NCBI GenBank assembly: GCA_048940605.1
Contig: JBHLOJ010000002.1
Location: 17,742 to 81,741 of the forward strand
Direction of reading: 5' to 3'
From: Promethearchaeota archaeon
GTDB lineage: Archaea > Asgardarchaeota > Lokiarchaeia > Sigyniarchaeales > SOKP01
DNA length: 64,000 nucleotides
Shown here: piece by piece, positions 49,201 through 61,200 of the stretch
Layout of the letters: every line of letters begins with the position of its first letter
Numbering within the stretch: the first letter of the stretch is position 1
Translations under genes and position numbers: made by a program
Notes under the pieces: generated by a model
What the model was told of the DNA's origin: nothing
Databases searched by the model: none
The model's input: only the letters and a program-made list of their open reading frames with translations

Positions 49201-52200
49201 AAAAACAATGAAATAACTCTTTCTCGTGAAGAAATTGATCATTTCATATATCATGATATTGAAAATAGTAAATATATCATTAAAATTAAATTAGAATATG
49301 ATTGGTCTTGTATTCTTGAATTGAATGTAGGATCCAAATCAAAACTAGACATTATTGCAACACTCACTTTAAACAAGTATGATCTTTTAATTTCATATTC
49401 ATTGTATGATACTACAAGAATTTCCGCCTGCGAGAACACAGTTCCATTCGAATTAACTGCAATTTATGGTCCAAATTATATCGAGGAAGGAAATGAAATT
49501 TTCGTCCTTGATGACGATGAAATTCCAGATATTGGTGTATTTGGAGGCTTTCTTAGAAGTACGGATACAAAACAACGTCTTATGCTACGACAGCAGTTAT
49601 ATTATAATTTCACTGAAAGTACTGAAGGTTTTCGTAATATTTTGTTAGATCAAGAATATACCGATGCTAATTTGCGATTTTTAGTTCCTTCAGGATATCT
49701 AGAGCTGCCAAATATAAGAGAAGAGAGTTTATTAAAAGTCCCTGAGCAATCTGCTTTTAATTTTACCAGCGGTACCCTAACAGCTTTTAATGATCTAGAA
49801 TCTATTGACAATAATTATACAACTATTGAAGCTGATTATACCTCTGGCTCCGGTTCTGATATAGTTATCCCTAATCAAGATATTACTACTGAGTGGTATG
49901 CTGTCCCCTCTGGGACTCATTATACCACCATAGATGAATATCCTTCTAAAACCTCATCTGATTATGTTTCTGGAGGAGGCGCCCCATATCCTCTGGTATT
50001 AGATAGCTATGAAATGTCGAATTTTACTCTTCCCCCAGGAGGAAAAATAACGAAGATTGAAGTGTATATTTACGGGAATAAATATTATTCTAATGATCCC
50101 GATATTGGGATTAGTTGGGATGATGGAGCGAGCTGGCCTACTAAAAAGTATGATGCTGATTACGAAAATGGGAATGATTTTAGATATGATTTTACAGGAC
50201 TAGATAAAAACCAAACAGATTTGAACGGACTTGCCATAAGTGCAGAGCCAAATCCTACTTTATATGGCTCTCCTCCACAATGGGGGCACTTTAAGATATA
50301 TACACTCTGGGTAAAAGTGTACTATAACCAAAGTTATAGTGATCTTGATGTTCAAATAGATATGGAAATTGATGATCCCCTTTGCTCTTCTGTAAATACC
50401 TTACGATATTCATATAAGACGAATGTGTCCCAAGTAGTCGAGATGGATATTTGGAATTGGGATAGCTCTCAATGGGATGAAATTGAAACCACAAATAATA
50501 ATGCATCATTTGATGATAATTCTTTTAAATTAGAAAGTCAATATATAAACTCTACAAATGGGGTGAGAATTCGATATCAAGCTATAGGCGCATCCCCTTT
50601 CGAACTATATTTAGATAGATTAGCTATAGATTATACCATTCAATCTCGTTTCTTAACAAACGATACATATTTCTCTCTTATTGGTGAACACGAGTCAAAG
50701 AGTGTAAAATTATATTATAATAATGGAACCGCAGATAATTTCGTAGCTAATATGACGCTCCATCCTTCATTACCGTGCGTATATGAATATACATGGACCG
50801 ACATCTCAGGTGATACGGGAGCTTCAACCGGAGATATTATAGAGCTTATGTTCTTTATAACTGACATTTTTAACAATAATGGCACCTACCGGTATAACTT
50901 TACAGCAGATTTTGATCTTCCTACCCCAGAAATTAGTTTAGGAAATGGGACAGAAGATTTTCAGACGAATACGGCTACTCCTTTAACAGAGTTAGCTTTT
51001 ATGAATCATGAAACATATCCATGCGTGGAAATGTACAGGATTATAGATAGAATATCAGGATTTGTAACAGAATGGTTTGAATTTGATTTGATTTTAATTG
51101 CAATTTTAGGGAATTTAAGTTATCTTTCAAATAATTTTTCCATTGAATATAAGGTAATCGATATTGCGGGAAATGAAAATATTACCTCAATTTATAATAG
51201 TAATTTTGAGTATATTTTATTCTCAAAAGAAAAGCCGATATCATTATCAGATAATAACATTGATCTAAATTCTTTAAATACAATTGACCGCGAAATAACA
51301 TTTACAGATAACAATCAGTTTAATCATGTGGATTATTTGGATGCCTATATTAACGGTTTTAGATACGGGACTGCTTATTTAGATAATGGATTTTACAAAC
51401 TTTCCTTTGGAAGTGAAAATTCTTATGAAACGCTGATTACTTACTCTGATTCTTTAATCTCTAGCAATATTTATTCCAATACTAACCCAATAAACCATGT
51501 CTCTTGGGAAGTAAGAAATTCAGATTTCTTCGGTGTAGTGAAACATGTACTTGTTGACGAGGATATCATAATAACCAATCCTTTAACATATAATACGGAT
51601 TCTACATTAGAAATTGATCATATTTATGACAGAGGATACATCCTACAAAATTACGCTCGTATAAGGGAAGCTTTCTATTATAATGCATCTTCAGAGAATG
51701 ATGATATCGTATACCTTGGTTTAATGATTGATTTCATTGTTGATAATGCAGGAGTTATAAGATTCCCAAATGAATCACGCGTGCATGACTTATATAATGA
51801 TCCATCCGAAGTTAAAGATGGTTTAATTTATTTCAATTATGACGCTTCTCCTTTCTATGATCAGTTCCAATTATCTAATGCTGATGGCTTTTTCATTAAT
51901 TTTACAATTCCTGATCTATATTATGAACACACCACATTAAAAAAGCTTACAATTAGCTTTCATGATTTTACAGGAAAGACATTTTCAAAGGTATATTGGG
52001 ATATTGATCTACGCAAGTATTTCTTAGAAAGCATCAAAGAACAATATGAAATTGAGATTCTCGGGCTTGGGAAAATGATGTCAATACCTTTATATATTGA
52101 CTTAAATGAATTAGCATTTTCAAATCCAGGAACTCCGTTTGATTTATCGTTATTAGAATCTATAATAATCACCATCTCAGATTCAGAGTTATGGCCAGGC

Positions 52201-55200
52201 TCATTCAAGCAAGAAGTTGGAGATTATTCGGTATTAAACCTTCCTTATCAACGGATAGGTATATCAGAATTAAAATTATACAATCTGATCTGTGATTCGG
52301 TTGATGTGGATGACCAGGGATATGTCAATTCAACAGTAGTTTTCAGAGCTCCCGACTATTACGATTTTTTTGCTCAAGCAGAATTTAAGATCAAACGTCT
52401 TAATATCGATTTTACAGGATTAGAGGTATTCTATAATACTCAGAAAATTAATATGAGTTCAGCTACTCCGTTAGAGGTCGAATATTCCGATTATATTGAG
52501 CTAAACTACCGGTTCAATAACACGTTAAGTTCAGTTATTTTAAATGATCTAATTACAATACCTATAAGTTTAATCAATGCCAGTTCAGGAGAAATCTATT
52601 CATTTGATGGTGCTTCTTGGATTACAAAACAAAATAAAGACTCTTTATCTGGATATTATTCAAGGTATTATTATTCAAAATTTCAAGTACCTCCTGGTCT
52701 CGGTATCTTTAATGTGACTATTAGTTCACCTGGAACATCTCTTTTCAATATCTCGTTTGTGGACGCCACCTCATTTACTCTAAATATAACTCAAGAGACA
52801 TTATCTTCTGAACAGCCAATTTATTTGGAGTATGATACATATGAGTTAGAATACGGAGAGTCATTATTACTTAAAGGAGCAGTGCTTGATAATGACGAAT
52901 ATATTGTTGAAGATAGGGTATATATATATAATTATCAAGAAGCACTTGATGGTAACACAGTATATCATCTTGATTTTGAATCTCCGTTCAGTGATGATAC
53001 TTTTATTGATCTAGAAGAATTTGCTATTTATTATATTGCCAATATCGATAATAATAGCGATGATACTTTAGATATTCTACCTCTTTATAGTACTTTAAAT
53101 GGAACATATTTCAAAGAAAAGACTATTTTAGATTTCAATAAAGATCCTTGCATTAGCTATGTAGATAATGCGTTTCTATTACATATCTATTGGGACTTAT
53201 ATTCACAAGCTTTCATTGATTATGATACTGAATTGTTAGTCTCATATAAGGTACTTAACGGAAGACCAATTTCTCCAATATCTTTTAGCTCCTTAGATTC
53301 ATATGGAAATGATAACAGAGATTATTTAGTTGAAATTCCATTTGCTCGATACGATATGCTAAATCGTAGTTGGATAACGAAAGACGATTTTATTGAGGAA
53401 TTTTCAATAGATAAAAAATTACTTTATGAAGATGTGGTAAGTGATGGGGCTGTCTTACAAGGTGCAGAATATTATGATGGACAGCTCATTCAGACAGGGG
53501 TACTCTCTTTTGAAGGCATATATGTAAATTGGAGTGATTCTAATATATTTGAATTGTTAGATGAGAGTCAATATAATTGGTCTATTAACGCTAATGGAGA
53601 ATTAAGCATAGCAGACCTTCCATACTCTTCTGGAGACGTCTTTAGGGTTATCTATTATGGCATAAATCCTATCACTCTTATTCATTCAAGTAATAGTCCT
53701 GTATCTTTAATTAGCTATGTTCGAGTAGAAAATGGTACAGGATTTAAGTATAACTTTGAATTAGGGACAGATTATATCATTTCAGCAGATGGATATAGAA
53801 TCTACTTCAAAAATTTATATAATACCATCTTAAAGAGCGGGAATTTTACTCTTTATAATAGATTTGAGATTAAATATCATGCTCCTTTAGCTAGAAAAAT
53901 TGATCTTTCTCAAAACTTGCTCTTAACATTACAAGATTCTGAAGGCAATGATATACCAATTGATACTGTTCCAATTGATAATATTGGTCTTTTTAAATAT
54001 AATCAACCACTTAGAGAAGATGGAGCACTCTCTGTTCCATTAGGTGGAGGAAAGAAATTGGTTCATATGTGTCTTAAGTATTTACCATCAAATATATTTA
54101 ACAAATCTGCAGATCAATTAATGGATATCGATTATAATGGCTCTAATTTTGGAAAAATATATCCCTATAGAGAAAATAATGCATGGGCAAAACCATTTAC
54201 CATTATAACAATTCCTAAGAAAGTTAAACTTGAAATGATTGAAGCCCCCTACCAAAATATCCTTATTAACCAGAAATTTTACGAAGATCGTGAATATATA
54301 TTTAATTACAATCTTGTTGAAGCACTAGAAGAAGGGGAAGAATATACTAAGGTTTCTATTGATGCTCTTGTACGAGAAGATTATCAATTCACCTTTAGGT
54401 TAACAGATTTTGAAGATAAACCTATAAATAATTCGATAGTATGGCTTCATATTGGATTTATGCCAAAGAGCAAAACAGAGTTCCTGAATACAAGAGCAAT
54501 CATAGACGAATTAGAGATATCACCTTATTTCGAGTCACTTGGTACAGAGCAAATCACATCACGGGGTCCCGGTGAAGGTCCAAATAAAATGTTTGGCAGA
54601 CCTCTAATTTATGAACTTAACAATTATAATACCACTAATCATAGTGCCTACGGACCTTATGCGTTCATATATGGTATAACCGATGAGTTTGGAGAAGTTA
54701 GCTTTGATATAAGTTTTGACAGAGATTATCTTGAAGATTTTGTCGATATCTTTGGAAATATTGAGGGAATTAATACCATTGAAGATATGATATTATATAT
54801 TAGAGCGTTCAGTACTTACTTTGATTGGGATGATTTTGCAATAGATACTCCTGATCAATATCTCTGCTCTACAGATGAGATGGTATTTGAAGGGAGTACT
54901 AAACTCTCTAACTATAATTTTGATGATTTAACTATTCAAGATAGTACATATGTAGAGGGTTTAATTAGACTTCATAAAGGAGATATCGCATTAGGAGTAC
55001 ATGATTATATATCCTATAATTTACCTGATTCTACCTTAGAAGACGATTATGATCCATTAACACTTCATCTATATATAAATGAAGCAGATCCAATTCCCTC
55101 AACTACATCAACCACTCTTGATTCCCTTACAAAAGTATATTCAAGCTTAGAATTAGAGGGTCAATCTTACAATATTTTATCTGATGACTATAGATATTAT

Positions 55201-58200
55201 GCTATTATTGAATTCTATACCCCTTCAGGCACTTTAGTTGAGACTATGTATAAGGAAATTCAAGAAGGATATGATAGTGGCTTTATAGAAATTAGCAATG
55301 AATATAATCAACTAGAAAATCTTCTAACCGAATTAGGACCTGGTATTTCTACGATAAAGATTTATGTGGCAGAGTCAGAATATTACAAAAAATCTCCCGT
55401 AGTTATCGTTCCCTGCGAAATCCGTCCACCTAATTGGATAAAATTCGGAGAAAAGAACACACAGATAGATCTTATCGATCCTTTCATATCTGCATGGGGT
55501 GCCGCTTGCAATAATGAAGTAGAAATGCCCTTTGAATCCAACTACCCACATCTTATTGGATCAATATGGGTTGAGTCAGATTTCATGGGTACTGGAGAGG
55601 AAATTGAGCGTTCCATTCAAGATTATATTGAGATCAATTTAGATTGTACAATTTATAATGACGATGGAACCACCAGCACATTTCCATTAGAAAATGATAT
55701 CATGCTTCGTCCAGGCAACCGTGATGGGATTTTAACATTTAGGATCGGTTTAGGGCCAGAAAATGCGTTTTTAATGGGGCTACAATGTGATTTGAATCTG
55801 TCTTTTAATATTGATTTCAATAAAGATAAAATTTATGAAGATTTAAGAGATGTTGAGATATATTTATTAGACTTACGCTTAGAGTCTAATCCTTCTAGCA
55901 ATAATCCCAGTACTACGTGGTCCATTTATGAAGATGGAGTCTTATTCAGTGGTGATATTACAGTAGAAAAAGAAGGGGCAATTGATGAAGGAACAGGCAT
56001 ACTACATTTGGGAGGCACTGAAAACGGGCAAGTAAATGGTCAAGATCTCGCATTTTTATTTAGTAATGATACGTTAGATTATGGAATAGATGCTAACAGC
56101 GAGTTATTATCATTATTAGCACTGTCAGAAATTGTTGCCTTGAGAGTAGTCGGTATAAAAGATGGAGACAAGTATGAATTCGTTCAAGGTGTCGATTGGA
56201 CTATGCCTTATTATCCATCTGGAAGTCTATACAATGAATCAATCATTCAATTCTTAGAAACTAATTTACCTGATTCTGGTTCTGAATTTTCGGTTACTTA
56301 TAAATTGAAGTTTGATTTTACAGGTAAGACTTTCGGAAACATAACTTTAGGATATTCTAACAATTATAATGAAAGTTCAATTGAGCTAAAGCTCCCGCAA
56401 GGATTTTTACCAGAATCCAATAACTCACATTCTCCTATGTATACACGATTTAGTGAATCTTGTGATGGGACTAGTACTAATTACATAATGCCTTATGGTA
56501 AGCAAAGTGCCGTATTATCAGATTTTATTGTGTATAATGAAGAAGAATTAGAAGAATTAAATTATTATCTTGGCACAAGTTTGGATAATGATCACTTAAA
56601 AATTTCATTTAGTCAGGCTCCAAATACAGAATTTAATGTAAAATATGGGGTAAAATCGCAATATATTCTCAGTTATGGGTTCCAGAAAGAGAATAAATCC
56701 TATAGTGATTCTGTTCGGTTGATGTATAATGATAGTTTTATTTCAAAAATAATAGATGGTTCAAATAATGAGTTATCTTCATGTGATCTGGACGATCCTT
56801 CATTATATATATCTTTAGATGACTCCAACGATACAACGACCCTCTATTTGTCCAATGTACCTTTATTGTATGGTCCCGAACTCATTCTAAATTTTACACT
56901 AGATCATGTGGTTTTAGACCTAATAGAAACATTTGGAAGTGATTTTAACAACCTTACAATTGAGTTTAAATATATTACAAATGATGGATTTTATGAATTT
57001 TATTCAGATCCTATAGTCGTACCGCTAGAGTATGCTAAGCTATCAGATGATATTGTAAATAATACGTATTCAATCCAATATAATAAAGATCTTCAAGCAA
57101 TTTATGATATGGTTGGAGCCGATAGTGTTGATATTGAAGTTATTTTACATCATATAGGAGATAGCTCTAATTATATCCCATATATTATTTTAGAGGTCTT
57201 TGATTACCTTGCTGACGAGCATATTGTTGAAAATTATGATAGAGCACCTTTAAATAGGCAAGGAAAGTTCTTAGCTAAATCAGCAATTAACACTCCTCAC
57301 TATTATCAAATATTTTCTCGTCCTTTTATTGATGGAACCCTATATGGAGATTCTCCTTTTGAACTGATTAATGGTAGTGAGGTCACAGTTGGACTTCAAA
57401 ACTTACCTAATGCGACACTTGTTTCAGTGAATTCAGATGGAGAGGATTATGAATTTGGTTATTTAGGCGGTTCAGAGACTCTTCTTGTTAATGATACCAA
57501 CTTCTATATGATTCCTAACATGGGTATGTTGATAGATACATATGATATTGAAGAACCGCTGTATCAGGACGGTTTTCTCGATCTATATTATGGTTCTGGT
57601 ACGCAAATTGATGGTGAACAGCAATATACCGCGACTATTTCTATGGATTATGAAGCAGGTTTTATAGCAGATTATAGGTCTAACATAAATAATTATAGAC
57701 CCATTTCTTGGGAAGATACCTATGATTTTGTTAATCAATTCTTAACAACAGATAAAATTTCGGTAAGTAGCCGAGTATTTTATCATCAAATTTTCGACTT
57801 AGATGTAGATATAAATAGTTCTTCTGTAATGAATGAGATATTTCCCAATTATGAGAAAAATATTTATTTCGGATTACAACTCCCAGAGGATTTTGACGTT
57901 GATGAGATTAGAGCTATAGGATTACCATATCATTATGCCTTGTCAGTACAAGGATTTCCAATAGGGAAATACAGGGATAATTATTGCGAGGTTCAAACAG
58001 GATATAGTGGTGCCTTTACTCCCTCTAAAGATATCCTTAAAAATAATTTAGACTTTGCTTTAGAATTTGATGAAAATGGTACTGCTTATATTCTCTCATT
58101 TAAACCTACTTGTGATTTAAGCTCCTATACAGATTATCAGAATAAGATAATGGTTGATTATTGGGTAAATTGTGAATTTGTTCAGGATTACGATTATTAT

Positions 58201-61200
58201 ATTCATGAAGATCCAGAAGATCCGTATATCTCCCAGATAGAATGGGATTTAGGATTTACTGATGAAGATATATATCGTTTACATCCTGATTTTGATGATG
58301 AAGCAAGTTTTACTGTAGAGTATAGTGCTTTGGAATGGGAAATCTTTAATGAAGAATATATTCATGATGGACAAGATCTATTCACCTTCAGACCTTTGGA
58401 ATATTATAATATTTCCATACTCTATACCGGAGAGATAAGTACTGATGTGTTTAGTGTACAATATATTGTACCAGAAGATCAGTATTTAGAAGATCATGAA
58501 ATTTTCCCAAATCTTTACATTCTTGCCCAATTAGGAGACGATGAAAGCACTATGAGGGTATTTGGACTTATTAATACCGAATTTACTAGTTATCTCGTTC
58601 AAAATAGTCCAAATTCTTATAATTATACAATGAATTTTACCACCATTGAAAATTTTATTAAAAATTATGATCCAGAGTATCAGTTAGTTGAGAATTCCTA
58701 TATATACGCATTATCAAAATATAATTCTTCTTTATTACGATATCCTTTAGGTCGAACTCCATTTAATTATGAATATTTAGGAGATGCCCATGATGCATAT
58801 CAGATCGCTCTTTATATCAATGAGCAGTTGATTACCTATTCAAATGAGAGCGAATTTCATGACTATGTACAAAAAATTGAAGGAAGATATATTTATTTTA
58901 ATAACAAATCACAAGGTCAATCAGGCTATATAGATCCTAACAGTGAAATTCAACTCAAATATAAATTTAAACTACAGCCAGGATTACTCGATAGAAAGCA
59001 TTTCTTAATAGTCACATATCCTTGGTCAAATATATTTGATACGCCATATGATTCTATTATGTATCGAGAAAGCTATAGAAAGCTAACTGGCACAATAATT
59101 ACTCCCTTCGTGTACAGCCTTTCAATTGAAAATAAATATAGCCTTTATTTGAGTTATCGGCTCAATGAAAAAGATTATTTTGAAGAGAAATTTGAATTTG
59201 ATTACGATAATCCTGTATATGAATTCTACTATATGGAGGATGGAATAGAGCAATATGTATCAGAGCTAACTATTGATGAGGAAGATGCTATTTCTGTATA
59301 TTATTTTGATTTCCTCGGTACAATGATGTTTTTAAATCCTTCTCATTACATTGTAAATACTGCTGAAAATAAAATTACCTTAAAAGATGATTATAACGTA
59401 ATCGTTACTCCTAACGACATAACAGAATTCTATGTGTCATTTATTCCAGAAAATAAAGATCGACAGTTCACTAGTTATGAATTTTCTTATAATCGTACTA
59501 TGAATATAACTGAAACGTTAAATGTTACTCATTGGGATATTTTAGGCATAGAAAGTGTTGATGTAATTCCAAACTTAGATGCGTACTACTTTATAAACGA
59601 AAATAAGTCTTCTTTACAAAATATTGTATGTCACGCGTCTCAAGTGACAGCATATCTAAGTGAAGGAAAAGAATTAGAATTCAATATCAAGGCTGAGTTA
59701 GAAAATTACAATGAAGATTTGATTGACGGTATACACATCGGTGATTATCTTGCCGTATATTTTGATACTAATATAAAAAATATTGAAAGCCTTGAGTACC
59801 TTACCATAAAACTCTATGATAATTCAGGTGTCATGTCTGGATTTACTAAAATAATCACCAAAAATGAGTTGGAAATGTATGATTATAATATTAAAATAGG
59901 CCTTCCAACCACTTCAAATACATTAAAAAAAGTAAGGTTTACTCCCACTTTTAGAAATGATTCTGAGTATAGTCAAGATAATACTTTTGGTATTGGTAGA
60001 TATCAAGTTGTAGAATGTAATCCTGAACTTATATCTAAAAGAGATGATGGCGTGGATTGTATCAATGTCGAGTTAGAACATGATTTAAAGACAGATCTCG
60101 ATAATTTAGCCTACATTTTTAACGATAGGCTACAACTCCTAAGTTTTCCAGAGAATATAACTTATACAAGAGAATTAGACATTTGTACATTACATATTCC
60201 TACCCAATATTACGATCCCGATACAAATGAAACAATTATATTACAAGAAGGACAAAATTTTGTTATTCGATATAATTCACCTGTGAAAAAAGGGATTGCT
60301 CTTGGTATTGGGGGATTATACCTTGAAAATAAAGGATATAATTATAGTTCACATCCAGATCTTCCTAAAGCAGAATTCTTATTAATTAAAGCTAATTCTT
60401 CAGATAGCTATTCTGAATTTACTAGCGACTATTATTATCAAGAGTCATTGCAACTAACTCCATTTGATACAGAATATAATGGTAAGTTTAAGGTAGTGAA
60501 AATTAACCTAAATCTAAATTCACTTTATCAATCTACAGGTAGCGATGTTCTAAACTTTAGCCATCTGATCTTTTCTGTAAGTAATCCTTGTTATGAGCTA
60601 ACCATTAACGAAGTGCTAATTATAGAGGAATCATCCGAGCCTACAGTACAATCTGGAAGCTGGGACAGTCGAGTATGGCAATTTACTGAAGTTGAAATGT
60701 TTAAAGCTAGTGCAAGTCCTGAAGAGGACTCTTATCAATTAACCTTGGAAAATTCTCCATTATTCTACCCCAATACAGAATGGTTAGAGTATCTTACTAT
60801 TTTTGATGAGGATGGTAATTATTATACTGCAGGATTAACTGGAAATGACCATCAATTGCACTATACACCCAGTACTAACTCGTTTATGTGGAATCCTTCA
60901 TTTAATCAATTCCCTGAATATTTTGGTATGGAGTTTGAGGAACCCTTAATTGTAGGACCTAATAAGACATTATTCTTCGAATATTCAACAAACACTTCGT
61001 GGACTGAGCCAATCCGAATCGAAGAGGAAAATATAGATCTTCAGTCCATCCGTGTGATTTATGATTATAACTATTTACTAAAGCCAGAACATTATGAATG
61101 GTATATCGAGCAGTTTAATATAGAGCATTCCTATGAAAGTATTGCATATTCCTTTAAGGAAGAATCTGAATATGAAGTCGTCCAATATTACTATGAAAGT

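Noticed and set aside
39395-52208. Other short ORFs of 60-84 aa listed within 39.4-52.2 kb on both strands, for example 40769..40960, 43142..43396, 49466..49648 and 51960..52208
   Set aside because: All are out of frame with, or antisense to, the continuous giant frame. Their lengths are what chance allows, and none has protein-like motifs.
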